From positions 1 to 24,549 of the IMG/VR virus record IMGVR_UViG_3300020045_003678: DNA of 24,549 nucleotides; one strand, written 5' to 3'. How positions within the stretch are numbered: the first letter of the stretch is position 1; each line of letters opens with the position of its first letter. Of the stretch, positions 15,859 to 24,549 are shown in pieces. A model generated the notes under the pieces. It was not told the origin of the DNA and did no database searches. It saw only the letters and a list, made by a program, of their open reading frames with translations. The position numbers were made by a program, and so were the translations under genes. This DNA comes from a virus (taxonomy: Duplodnaviria > Caudoviricetes).

Positions 15859-15880
15859 AAAAAAACCGCCTTTCGGCGGC
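15859..15880 (-). terminator. Intrinsic terminator
   Basis: GCCGCC-GAAA-GGCGG-TTTTTTT on the minus strand. Confidence 0.8.
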
Positions 15881-15884
15881 TTAA

Positions 15885-16196
15885 TTAAAAATCATTTAAA
15901 TAACTTTGTTTGCAATGCTCTGGGCCATCGCCAAACAATTCAAAAGAAAAATCTAAAACCACCATTATTACCTGGTATTTTTTAACACCTAAACTAGCAC
16001 CCACATACACTCTGCTTGAAAACTTCATATCTGCATCGCCATTTAACGCAACGTTAAAAGCATCATCTAATTGCAGAATAATTTTTGTGGCTGCTTTTAT
16101 ATTCCCGCTTACAAAACACCATGCCATTTTTGCAAAGCAAAACAGCGTAAAAAACAGGCTGCCAATCAGGTAAATAAATATTTCTAAACGGGCCAT
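15885..16196 (-). CDS. Hypothetical membrane-associated phage protein
   Basis: N-terminal TM segment; LDDAFNVALNGDADMKFSSR...EHCKQSY motif. Confidence 0.65.
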   Translation of the reverse strand: MARLEIFIYLIGSLFFTLFCFAKMAWCFVSGNIKAATKIILQLDDAFNVALNGDADMKFSSRVYVGASLGVKKYQVIMVVLDFSFELFGDGPEHCKQSYLNDF

Positions 16197-16199
16197 TTT

Positions 16200-16646
16200 T
16201 TAAAGTGGGTAATCTGGCATTAATGCCACCGCTTGTTCCCCTGAAAGCATCGGTTTAAGCCCTTGCAATACTTCATCTTTGTAAGCGCCTGCTTCAACCC
16301 AAACAGATGCTTCCCATGTTGCAAATTGTTGTGCTAAAGGTTGGAATGGATTGGTAAACCCAGCGTAAAGCATTAAACCGTTGCCAGAACTAAAACCAAA
16401 CGCTTGCGCTTTTTCATCTATTGCAGCTTGAAGCGCGTGTTTTACTGCTTCGGTTGCTTGTTTAATAAGCTCTTCAACTGTTGGAACATACGGCGCTTCA
16501 ACTGGATCAAGCTCTTCACTAATACCAAATTCAGCACGTTTTTCTTGCGTATCAAGTTCAAGAATCCAATCGCGCAAAAAGTTTGTGCCGTTTTCATGCT
16601 TGAAAGCACGGGTTGTGATGTTTTGGGTGTTGTAGATGTATTGCAT
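16200..16646 (-). CDS. Hypothetical protein, possible fibre-assembly chaperone
   Basis: Follows the LamG gene; QAAIDEKAQAFGF...YAGFTNPFQ...FATWEASVW resembles proteins encoded after tail fibres. Confidence 0.55.
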   Translation of the reverse strand: MQYIYNTQNITTRAFKHENGTNFLRDWILELDTQEKRAEFGISEELDPVEAPYVPTVEELIKQATEAVKHALQAAIDEKAQAFGFSSGNGLMLYAGFTNPFQPLAQQFATWEASVWVEAGAYKDEVLQGLKPMLSGEQAVALMPDYPL

Positions 16647-16650
16647 TTAT

Positions 16651-17346
16651 CTATCCTGTGAATGGCGCTGTTGGAGGTGTAAAGTTTGATGTATATCTTG
16701 CAACATTTGAAATTCTTAATTCGTCAACATAACCTTGAGCGCCTGAAAATCCACTCCCACCAATATAAAAAGTGCCTGTGATATTCGCGTTTAAATTTCC
16801 CGTTATGTTTGCCGCTGAAGTTCCAATTAAAACTCCATCTATAAATAATTTTGCTTTTGTTCCATCCCAAACGCCCGCTATGTGAACCCATTGGTTTAAC
16901 GGAACGTTTGTGTTTGGAGTGCTAAATGAAGCTCCGCCGCCGTTCACTGTAAAATTCGCACCGCCGCCAGTTTGACCAAAATAAAACTCGTCTGTGCCTG
17001 ATGCTTGATTGTGTACTATTCGCGCTCCTGCAACTGATGTTTTGTAATACCAAAACTCTACTGTTGCAATTTTGTTTGTAAAATTTAATTCTGAATAACC
17101 TACAACCATCAAATATCTAGCATTTGAAGTATCATTTTTTAATGACGTTCCGCCGAATTTACTTTGTAAATTTGTGGTTGTAGGCGTGTAAAATTTTTGA
17201 ATAGTTTTGTTATAAATTGAACTGTCAGTAAATACATCTCCACCATCCGCGCCATCAAAATGCAATAACAAAAGCGTATTTTGGTCGCTACCACCGCCCC
17301 CAACCGCATTCTTAAACATCATCATCTGACTTAAATCAGTAATCAC
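16651..17346 (-). CDS. LamG / concanavalin A-like lectin domain protein (fibre tip)
   Basis: LLLHFDGADG...FTDSS...SKFGGTS...TVEFW...NQWVHIAGVWDG...GYVDELRISNVARYTSNFTPPTAPF. Confidence 0.88.
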   Translation of the reverse strand: MITDLSQMMMFKNAVGGGGSDQNTLLLLHFDGADGGDVFTDSSIYNKTIQKFYTPTTTNLQSKFGGTSLKNDTSNARYLMVVGYSELNFTNKIATVEFWYYKTSVAGARIVHNQASGTDEFYFGQTGGGANFTVNGGGASFSTPNTNVPLNQWVHIAGVWDGTKAKLFIDGVLIGTSAANITGNLNANITGTFYIGGSGFSGAQGYVDELRISNVARYTSNFTPPTAPFTG

Positions 17347-18002
17347 GATGTATAACCAGCTTTCAATTCGTAAGAAATATCAACACCATCATCATGGCAA
17401 ATTAACAAATCATATTTGCCACTTGTGTTGCTAAATGCTGGCGCTGTACCGTTGTATTTGTAAGCCGCATTGATGCTTGTTGCACTGTGTGCGCCTGCGT
17501 AAATAATTTTTACTTCATACAGTCTTAAATTGCCAGCGCCTGGTCTATTGGTAGGCGCGGCAATGGTGAAGTTTGCAGATGTAGTGAATGTTTGAAACGC
17601 TTCACTTGCATCTGGGGTAAGTGTTGCACCGGTTGTTAATGCGTTTACAGGGGCTTGGTTAATTTTGCCAAAGCTATTAATTTCATTTAGCAATGCTGCA
17701 TTGGTTAAAAAGTCCGCATTTGCAGAACTAAAAACCGCTTTTGAACCCGCTGCAAAGTTTACAGGGCTTGCGCCGTTTGACCCTGCTTGCACGGTAGTTC
17801 TCACTAACGTTGTAGCAGCAGATAATTGACCGATACCCACTTCCCAAGCACCGTTTTGCTGATCAAGAATCGTGTAACAAAATGGCACACCAACACCATA
17901 AGCGGTGTTGAATGTTGAAAATGTTGCATCAGCGCCTGCCAGCGTAAAGTTGCCTGTGCCAGTGCTTGTGCTATTTTCTTTTACACGGTCTTTGAAAATC
18001 AT
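17343..18002 (-). CDS. Structural fibre-base-like protein
   Basis: DRVKENSTSTGTGNFTLAGA...WEVGIG...LVRTTV...VNFAAGSKAVF N-terminal motif seen in phage fibre proteins. Confidence 0.65.
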   Translation of the reverse strand: MIFKDRVKENSTSTGTGNFTLAGADATFSTFNTAYGVGVPFCYTILDQQNGAWEVGIGQLSAATTLVRTTVQAGSNGASPVNFAAGSKAVFSSANADFLTNAALLNEINSFGKINQAPVNALTTGATLTPDASEAFQTFTTSANFTIAAPTNRPGAGNLRLYEVKIIYAGAHSATSINAAYKYNGTAPAFSNTSGKYDLLICHDDGVDISYELKAGYTS

Positions 18003-18037
18003 GACTTAATCCTAGTTTCTGAAATAGTTGCTAAAAC

Positions 18038-18445
18038 TTAAGCGTTGTTGTCATTCAGCGTAAAAGAGGTCACTGTGAATTGCTGGCCTGCAGCAAATGA
18101 ACTATTGTTGACTTCCATATCGCCACCGCCGCCTGTGGTTGTGATGGTGCCTTGAATGTGGCAAGTGGTACCATCGGACGCGTAAATGCGGAAGTGACCA
18201 GCCGTGCCAGTGGCATCCGCTGAAGCATCAACCCATGAACCTAGCAAAGATTTTGCACCAGAGGCCGCCGCCGCCATCCAATCAGAAGGCAAAGCAATAG
18301 TTGCAAGCACGGTACCGCTATCCGCTGCAGCAACGTTTGCAGGCACGGCACCTGAGCGAATTTTTAAAACAGCAGAAACACCAATGGTTGTTTCAATTAC
18401 ATCAAGGCGCGCATTGCGCACCGCGGTGGAAAGTTGGATTGTCAT
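18038..18445 (-). CDS. Probable virion structural protein
   Basis: STAVRNARLD...LKIRSG...GTVLATI...ADATGTAGHFRI...GGGGDM; Gly/Ala/Thr-rich beta protein. Confidence 0.65.
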   Translation of the reverse strand: MTIQLSTAVRNARLDVIETTIGVSAVLKIRSGAVPANVAAADSGTVLATIALPSDWMAAAASGAKSLLGSWVDASADATGTAGHFRIYASDGTTCHIQGTITTTGGGGDMEVNNSSFAAGQQFTVTSFTLNDNNA

Positions 18446-18556
18446 GTTGAATCCTTTAAGTTTTTGATGACTACATAAAATCTACAAACACAAAAGCCCC
18501 GCATTGCGAGGCTCTTTAGTTTGTGGACTGTTATTTAAATATGTTTTTGGCTTTTT

Positions 18557-18760
18557 CTAAGAAGCTGTTTTTTTTGCAGGGCTTAAATGGGCTTTGTTTT
18601 CATTATTTTTAACGCCTGTTTGGGCTGAAATCCAGCCTTCTTGCTTGGCAACTTTAATCAGTTCCTCATCTTCTGTTTCTAGTGGATCACCTTCATTAAA
18701 ACTAATTACCTCAACCCCTCTAAACGCCCAACTAAATGCTTTAATTACTTTAAATTTCAT
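18557..18760 (-). CDS. Small protein downstream of the capsid gene
   Basis: 67 aa with a Lys-rich tail and GAGGTG RBS; typical position after an HK97-type capsid gene. Confidence 0.7.
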   Translation of the reverse strand: MKFKVIKAFSWAFRGVEVISFNEGDPLETEDEELIKVAKQEGWISAQTGVKNNENKAHLSPAKKTAS

Positions 18761-18773
18761 GATTCACCTCAAT

Positions 18774-18801
18774 AAAAAGCCCCAAATAAATGGGGCTTTT
18801 T
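18774..18801 (-). terminator. Intrinsic (possibly bidirectional) terminator after the capsid gene
   Basis: AAAAAGCCCCA-AATAAA-TGGGGCTTTTT. Confidence 0.8.
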
Positions 18802-18822
18802 GTGTAAATTAATTAAAAATAA

Positions 18823-20214
18823 TTAAGATGCGGCAATTTTTAACACTTTAATTGCTTGGGTATTGCGTAATTTACCGCCAACACGTTTACGCACGTAGAA
18901 TTTAACAAAGCCTGGTGTGGTAATTTCATCACGCGTTACTCGTAAACCAACGCGATCTGTAATTAAATAGCCTTCTTTAAAGTCACCAAATGCTAATGGG
19001 AATGCATTGGCTGCAACAGCAGGCATGTCTTCAGCTTCAGCAACACCGTAACCTAAGAACATATCTTGTTGACCTGCTGCAACGGCTGGTTGCCATAAAT
19101 ATTGGCCTGTAGAATCTTTGTATTTACGCAATGAGCCATACACTAATTTACTTGCTAACCATTTTGCATTTGAGCGATAACGGGCACGCACCGCATAAAC
19201 CATGTCCATTAAAGGATTAAAATCAGTTGGCAATGCAGCCGCTTGTCCTGAAGCAACATATTGCAATGTGCCAAATGCGCGCGTCGCATCTGTTGTTGCT
19301 AACGGGGCTGGACCAGACAAAAAGCCAGTTGGTTTTTTTGTACCGTTGCCAGAAATAAATGCTGTACCTTCACCTTGTTCAAATGCATCACGCACAGAGC
19401 CAACTAACCAATCTTCAACATTAAAGAATAAATCGTCTAAAGATTCTTCAGATGCTTGTGGTTTAGCTGAAGCCATACCAAAAGTTGGAGCAACTTCATA
19501 TAAATCAGAAGTATTGGTTTGGTTGCGTGTATCTGTCTCACCAACCCATTCAAAAGCCGCACCATTAATATCAATCAACTCTTTATAATCGGTAGTGCCA
19601 ACGGTACGCACAGTTGCCAATTGGCGCATTGGTGAAACATCAAGACCAATTTTTAAAATAGCAGATTCAATAGATTCAGGTAATGCAAAACCACCAGCAG
19701 AACCTGTGCTTGTTACTGTTTGTGTGGCACGCGTTTCTAAATTGTCAGAAGCTTTTTTTGCTTCAAGCGCTTTTGCTGCTTGCTGGCATTTTTCTTGAAT
19801 ATGCATATCTTTTGGGTTACGCATCCAGTTAATAAATGCGCTGCGATATTCTGCATCCTCTTTAGATTCACCACTTTGACGACTACCTTCAAATGCACCA
19901 GGGCGTGAAAGTTTTGTTTCCATTTTTTCAAGCTTGCTTTTCATCTCTGTCAGTGAGTTTAAATCACCGTCAATTTTTGCAAGCTTTGCATCAAAATCAG
20001 CCGTTGAATTGCCATTTTTAACAGCTTCAATACGTGCGTCGTTTGTTTTTTTATACTCTTCAAAAGCAGTATTAATTTTTGTGATTGCTTCAGCAATGCT
20101 GGCAACTGTTGGGTCATCGCGTTGTTCATAAGAACCACCAAAAGCAGCTACATTTTGATGAAATGCAACCATATGAGCGGCCATTAAAGCCATGATAGAA
20201 GTTTTTACTTTCAT
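18823..20214 (-). CDS. Major capsid protein, HK97 family
   Basis: N-terminal coiled-coil delta domain; GGFALPE, WVGET, FISGNGTKKPTGFL, KDSTGQYLWQP, FGDFKEGY, KRVGG motifs. Confidence 0.97.
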   Translation of the reverse strand: MKVKTSIMALMAAHMVAFHQNVAAFGGSYEQRDDPTVASIAEAITKINTAFEEYKKTNDARIEAVKNGNSTADFDAKLAKIDGDLNSLTEMKSKLEKMETKLSRPGAFEGSRQSGESKEDAEYRSAFINWMRNPKDMHIQEKCQQAAKALEAKKASDNLETRATQTVTSTGSAGGFALPESIESAILKIGLDVSPMRQLATVRTVGTTDYKELIDINGAAFEWVGETDTRNQTNTSDLYEVAPTFGMASAKPQASEESLDDLFFNVEDWLVGSVRDAFEQGEGTAFISGNGTKKPTGFLSGPAPLATTDATRAFGTLQYVASGQAAALPTDFNPLMDMVYAVRARYRSNAKWLASKLVYGSLRKYKDSTGQYLWQPAVAAGQQDMFLGYGVAEAEDMPAVAANAFPLAFGDFKEGYLITDRVGLRVTRDEITTPGFVKFYVRKRVGGKLRNTQAIKVLKIAAS

Positions 20215-20240
20215 GATTTTTACCTTTATAAAATTTGAAA

Positions 20241-20942
20241 TTAGCTTGTTAAAGAACTAAGCAATTGATTTGCTGCTTTTAATGCATTTGCAGTTGCTTT
20301 ATGAGCGTCCCGCTCATCTAAAACAATGCGTTTTACCTGAGCCACAAAGGCTTTGGCAGCATCTTCAGAGAACCCTGCGTCCCGCAAGGCTTTCTCTGAT
20401 TGACGAATTGTGTTTATTTTTCCTACTTCAGCAGCCTTTACCCCAATTACACGGGCTGCAGTATTTGCTGGAAAAGTCACCAGAGAAACTTCCCATAGGT
20501 CAACTTCCGTTAAAGTACGAACATCTGTATTTTCATCGTATGACCATTTTCGAGATATAAATCCAATAGATAACCCATTAAGCGCACCCATTTTTAAAAG
20601 CGCATGCGCTTCTTTTCCTAGCACTGTTTCTAATGCTAGCTGGCCTTTTACTCGCAAGCCTTTTGCATCTTCAACCATTTCTGTCCAAATGCCGATTGGC
20701 TTATCAGAATCATGCTGCCAAAGCATGGCAGGCATCGTGCCAGCAGATTTATGTGCTGCAAGTGAATTTAAAAATGCGCCTTTTTGAATCGTGTCATCAT
20801 AATTATCAATCACACTGAAAACAGAACCGTATCCGTCAATCGTGCCATCTTCATTTGCCTTAATTTGTAAAGTAAATGAACGATATTCACGCCCGTTTGG
20901 CGCTTCTTTTTTCTCAATTGTATTTTGTTTAAACATTTGCAT
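20241..20942 (-). CDS. Prohead protease, HK97 family
   Basis: GYGSVF, MLWQHD..PIG.W, GLSIGF, LWEVSLVTFPAN. Confidence 0.96.
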   Translation of the reverse strand: MQMFKQNTIEKKEAPNGREYRSFTLQIKANEDGTIDGYGSVFSVIDNYDDTIQKGAFLNSLAAHKSAGTMPAMLWQHDSDKPIGIWTEMVEDAKGLRVKGQLALETVLGKEAHALLKMGALNGLSIGFISRKWSYDENTDVRTLTEVDLWEVSLVTFPANTAARVIGVKAAEVGKINTIRQSEKALRDAGFSEDAAKAFVAQVKRIVLDERDAHKATANALKAANQLLSSLTS

Positions 20943-22116
20943 TTCCTTGTTTACTACCCATATTTAACGGTGTCAAAGGGTCATCTAATCCATCTAATCT
21001 GTCTTTACCTTCTTCTTCACGCAATTCATTTCTGGTATAAATTCCTAATTCAACCATTGCGCGTGCCCATTGCGCACGGTCCACTGTTGAACCTTCGGTG
21101 AGGTATCTCACATCAAATTTTGTAAATAAAGGCCCGCTGCCATCCAGCATGGTTTCATCTAAACGGTCGCGCCATGCTTTATGCCAAGGCTTTAACGTAT
21201 GTTTTAAGTGTGCTGAAAAAAATGCTTCTGAGCTTGCAAATGTGGCTGCTTTGTCTGAGTGCATCACCATAATTGGGAATACACCATAGACGCGGCATAT
21301 TTCTTCAATTTGTAATCGTCTGGTTTCAACATGCTGCGCATCGACACCACTCATGGTGAGTTGTGACCATTTGCCATTTCTATCAATAATGAGCGGGTCG
21401 CCAGTATTTACTTTGGCTTTAAGATGATTTTTTAATGCAGCATACTGTTCGCCATTTAGCGTGCCTTCAACTGAATAAACACCGCTTGGACGAATGCCAT
21501 TTTGATGAAAATCAACATGGCTTTTTTCTGTTGCCATTGATAAGCCAACGGCATTTCTTGCCAATTTAATAGCATCTAATGTTTGACCAAATTCCCACTG
21601 CACACCATGCAACAAAAAAACATCATCATGACTAAAATCACCAATAAAACCGAACTCGTCAAATACACGATATTTAAATTCATAGCGCGATACTTTGTGC
21701 ATCGTCCAATTACCAGGCGCAATCGGAATTAACTCGCGCACCTTGCCATTCATTCCCCGCACTTTTATCGACAATCCAGTGCCTGTAAGTGCTGCATGAA
21801 TGGTCATCATGCGACGCCATTCAAATGAGGTTTGATATTCATTCGGACGGCGACTTAATAATCTATATTCTGGAATATCGTCTGCAAGCTCAGAAGTTTT
21901 GTCTGATTTTTTGCGGAAAACATTTAAATCAGGCGTTGCGCAACCATCTGCAATGACTTTTACACAAGCCAAAACCGTGGCCACTTGTAATGCTGTTTTA
22001 TGATTAACCGTTACGCCAGCAATTTGATAACCTGAATTACCGTCGATTAAAGTCGCTATTTGGTCGTAGGTAAGCTCAGCCGCCTTTCTGCCAAAAAGTT
22101 TATCAATTATTTTCAT
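20929..22116 (-). CDS. Portal protein, HK97 family
   Basis: TALQVATVLACVKVIA, RPNEYQTSFEW, DAQHVETRRLQIEEICRVYGV, GIYTRNELREEEG. Confidence 0.96.
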   Translation of the reverse strand: MKIIDKLFGRKAAELTYDQIATLIDGNSGYQIAGVTVNHKTALQVATVLACVKVIADGCATPDLNVFRKKSDKTSELADDIPEYRLLSRRPNEYQTSFEWRRMMTIHAALTGTGLSIKVRGMNGKVRELIPIAPGNWTMHKVSRYEFKYRVFDEFGFIGDFSHDDVFLLHGVQWEFGQTLDAIKLARNAVGLSMATEKSHVDFHQNGIRPSGVYSVEGTLNGEQYAALKNHLKAKVNTGDPLIIDRNGKWSQLTMSGVDAQHVETRRLQIEEICRVYGVFPIMVMHSDKAATFASSEAFFSAHLKHTLKPWHKAWRDRLDETMLDGSGPLFTKFDVRYLTEGSTVDRAQWARAMVELGIYTRNELREEEGKDRLDGLDDPLTPLNMGSKQGNANV

Positions 22117-22741
22117 TTGATTCCCAAAAGGAACTTCCGTTATTCACATTACCTATCATTGCCCGCCCGTGCGCAACAATGGTTGCAATGGCAGCATCGG
22201 TTTTATTTTCAAAGCTTTTTTTGCGCGGAAATATATTTTCGTTATTGTCAGGTTTTACTTCTACGTTGCTCATCATCCACACATAGGCCGGGTTGCCATC
22301 GTGGTGAAACTGCCCTGCGTCAATTAGCGCGGCAATATCTTTCATCGGGTCACTTAAATACATCACGCGTTGCGGCACATCAATCACTTGCAATCCTTCA
22401 TTGGCTAGGTTTGCGCCAAGTTGATGCCCGCCATATGGGTCTTTTGCAACTTCTTCTATGCCGAATCTGCCAAAATCTGTGAGTAAATCCTCTTGAATTT
22501 GCTCTAAATCAATCATATTGCCGGGTGTTTCAATCAAATAATCTTGTTCAACCCAGCCACGATAGTGGGCGTTTTCGGCTTTTTGTATTGTTGATTCTGG
22601 TAAGTAGTTTTTACTAAACACGTAATAGTGTTTTTTCCCGTCAATCTCTTTTACAAATTCGAGAACCCGTGATGCAATGTCGACTTTGCTCGCTAAATCT
22701 AGCCCTGCATAACAAGGTTCACCCAAAAACTGTTCAATTTT
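22103..22741 (-). pseudogene. terL: Terminase large subunit, C-terminal (nuclease) fragment
   Basis: KIEQFLGEPCYAGLDLASKVD...DPYG...HDGNP..WMMSN...NKTDAAIA. The frame loses terminase character upstream of about 22741. Confidence 0.9.
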
Positions 22742-22775
22742 TGCGTGCGGGAGTATTAGGGTAGGGGGGTGGTAC
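22736..22775 (+). other. Possible cos-proximal sequence upstream of terS
   Basis: AATTTTTGCGTGCGGGAGTATTAGGGTAGGGGGG: G-rich tract directly upstream of a P27-type terS, where cos sites usually lie. The cut site itself is not identifiable. Confidence 0.35.
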
Positions 22776-22817
22776 TTATGTACTAGCTCCCTTTTTTATT
22801 GGTGAAAGGTATTAATT

Positions 22818-23375
22818 ATGGGCGCACGCGGACCAAAGCCACTGCCTAGTAACGTGCATCTATTGCATGGTAATCCTAGTAAAAAATCCGTTGGTCAGTT
22901 AATGGATTCTTTGCAGCCTGAAATTGAAATACCTGGTTGCCCAATCCATTTGCTTGCTGAAGCAAAAAAAGAGTGGAAGCGCATCACGCCTGAGTTAGAG
23001 AAATACGGATTAATTTCAAAATTAGATCGTGCCGCGCTTGCATCGTACTGTCAGCAATGGGCACTTCTAGTGCATTCAGAAACCATAATCAAGCGCGAGA
23101 TGGAAAACGCTGAAAAAAAACGCAAAGCTGCTGAAGCTGCTGGACTAATTTATGAGGGCGGTGATGGCTTGGTCGTGATGACCACCAATGGCAACATGAC
23201 TTACTCACCTTATTGGGTGATGGCGAATCGGGCGCGCATGGTATTAGATCGTATGCTTGGTAATTTTGGACTTTCACCCAGTTCTCGAGGTCGCGTTAAT
23301 CCAAGTAACCGCCTGCAAAAAGATTTATTTGATAGTGGTGATAGTGAAGTTAGCTCTGGTTTTGGTAGTTTATGA
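22818..23375 (+). CDS. terS: Terminase small subunit, P27 family
   Basis: MGARGPKPLP...GNPSK...AKKEWKRI...LDRAALASYC...FGLSPSSR. Confidence 0.93.
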   Translation: MGARGPKPLPSNVHLLHGNPSKKSVGQLMDSLQPEIEIPGCPIHLLAEAKKEWKRITPELEKYGLISKLDRAALASYCQQWALLVHSETIIKREMENAEKKRKAAEAAGLIYEGGDGLVVMTTNGNMTYSPYWVMANRARMVLDRMLGNFGLSPSSRGRVNPSNRLQKDLFDSGDSEVSSGFGSL

Positions 23376-23785
23376 TCAAAGATTTTGGCGCAATTGCCAC
23401 GCAGTACGCACAAGATGTTGTTGATGGAAAAATAATCAGCAACAAATATCATCGATTAGCGTGTCAACGACACTTAAATGACTTAAAAAAATCAGAGGCG
23501 GGCTTATCCGCCTTTATTTTTAACCCTGAATTAACCGATTTAAAAGGCAAAAATTTTAAACCGGCACAAAGAATCTGCCAGTTTGGGGAATTAATGCCGC
23601 ACATTAAGGGCGATTGGGCTGCACGTGGTGAGCTAATTCACCTTGAAGATTGGGAAATATTTGTTTTAGCGGTTTCATTCGGCTGGATTGTAAAAGCAAC
23701 AGGCCGCCGCCGCTTTGTGGTGATTGATTTATTTGTCCCACGTAAAAATGCAAAATCCACAATCGCTAAAGCTAAATCTTTATGA
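23372..23785 (+). pseudogene. terL: Terminase large subunit, N-terminal fragment truncated just after Walker A
   Basis: AQDVVDGKI...LACQRHLNDL...PHIKG.WA...RRRF...PRKNAKSTIA, then KAKSL*. Junction at about 23767. Confidence 0.9.
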
Positions 23786-24165
23786 GCCTAACAAAAAGCA
23801 CCGGAACCCACACACCATCTAACGATCCACGTTTTGACCGTCCTTTTGAACTAGAAGGTGAATCTGATATACTCGAAGTAACCTTTTATTGTGAAGGTGA
23901 AATAGTTTCTGAGTACGAAGAGGTTAGGTATATCCCTTATTCATATTTAGGTGTTAACGATCAAGGTGTAGAGGTATCAATGATTAGACCACAAGTTACA
24001 AATTGTTATGCAATTGATGACGACATCAACACAGCATTAAGAAAAATATTCGGAAGAGATTACACTATTAACTATATGACTCAAACTATTGAGATGCAAT
24101 GGTTATATGGAGATCCTGCACTACAGTCTAAAATAAAATATTCTAAGAATCTAAGTTTAGATTGA
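23782..24165 (+). CDS. Hypothetical protein in unrelated AT-rich DNA; 3' end possibly chimeric
   Basis: 127-aa ORF with no recognised motif; codon style differs from the phage genes. Confidence 0.45.
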   Translation: MSLTKSTGTHTPSNDPRFDRPFELEGESDILEVTFYCEGEIVSEYEEVRYIPYSYLGVNDQGVEVSMIRPQVTNCYAIDDDINTALRKIFGRDYTINYMTQTIEMQWLYGDPALQSKIKYSKNLSLD

Positions 24166-24548
24166 CCTTTATATTCTGGTTTAATCCAAGTGATAGAATC
24201 TTTTTCTTTTGAAGTCAAACTTTCTAAAGTTCTCTTTTTATCAAAAACCAGGATCTCTGAAGCTTGTACATAAGACTTACCTTTGATTTTTTGTCTCACT
24301 ACTCTATTATTGATTAGAGCTGTTAAGACAGGTTGAATCTGTCCAATGTTAGGAGAATAGGTCAAAGGAATATTAAACTTACCACCAGTAGTCTTAAGAC
24401 CTTCTAGAGTGTTCTGAGTATAACCTCTGTCTTCTCCTTCTCTAATTAATAGATCAGATAACTTACTATCATTAGTAACTACTCCATTTACAGCATCTAG
24501 TTCTTTTATAAGATTAGATTTAGATTGACTAACTAATTTAGATTCAAT
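24081..24548 (-). CDS. Internal fragment of a large protein resembling crAss-like phage virion RNA polymerase
   Basis: Frame is open from the window edge: IESKLVSQ...LIREGEDRGYTQNTLEGL...FNIPLTYSPNIGQIQPVLTALINNRVVRQKIKGKSYVQAS. Resemblance is recalled, not searched. Confidence 0.45.
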   Translation of the reverse strand: MESKLVSQSKSNLIKELDAVNGVVTNDSKLSDLLIREGEDRGYTQNTLEGLKTTGGKFNIPLTYSPNIGQIQPVLTALINNRVVRQKIKGKSYVQASEILVFDKKRTLESLTSKEKDSITWIKPEYKGQSKLRFLEYFILDCSAGSPYNHCISIV

Positions 24549-24549
24549 C

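Larger units (their letters stand above)
1..23767. mobile_element. Temperate HK97-like siphophage genome (partial; excised or virion configuration)
   Basis: Integrase, excisionase, attP, lysis, tail, head-tail, HK97 capsid, protease, portal and terminase genes in lambdoid order. Spanins imply a Gram-negative host. Confidence 0.95.

Noticed and set aside
6445-22482. Numerous 60-140 aa plus-strand ORFs opposite the structural genes
   Set aside because: They are antisense shadows of well-supported minus-strand genes and show no recognisable motifs.
22692-23779. GCTAAATCT at 22692-22700 and 23771-23779 (similar GCTAAAT at 1062) as recombination sites for a programmed inversion
   Set aside because: Only 9 bp and AT-rich, in direct rather than inverted orientation, and the left copy is about 40 bp from the actual junction.

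Overview
Most of the window (about 1-23767) is a temperate, HK97-like long-tailed phage of a Gram-negative host. It appears to be in its excised or virion form, because an intact attP sits between the integrase and the lysis genes. The minus strand carries the late genes: portal, prohead protease, HK97 capsid, an accessory fibre/lectin block, head-tail genes, two different tail-tube-like genes, frameshifted tail chaperones, tape measure, a compact tail tip and lysis genes. The most interesting region is 1-2570, which looks like a disabled diversity-generating retroelement (DGR). It has an unannotated C-type-lectin-fold target gene end with a strongly adenine-depleted variable region and a downstream GC hairpin, then a MutS-domain-I/Avd fusion gene, then only the last ~55 codons of a probable DGR reverse transcriptase. 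The template repeat and RT core are replaced by a ~1.35 kb cassette (promoter, C4/ash-like structured RNA leader, radC/JAB gene, HNH endonuclease). The attP core is a 5' tRNA-Arg-like fragment rather than the usual 3' end. At the right end, the terminase is split and partly inverted, then joined to unrelated AT-rich DNA that includes a fragment resembling a crAss-like virion RNA polymerase; this is most likely an amplification or assembly chimera. All family assignments come from motif recognition by eye; no database searches were run.
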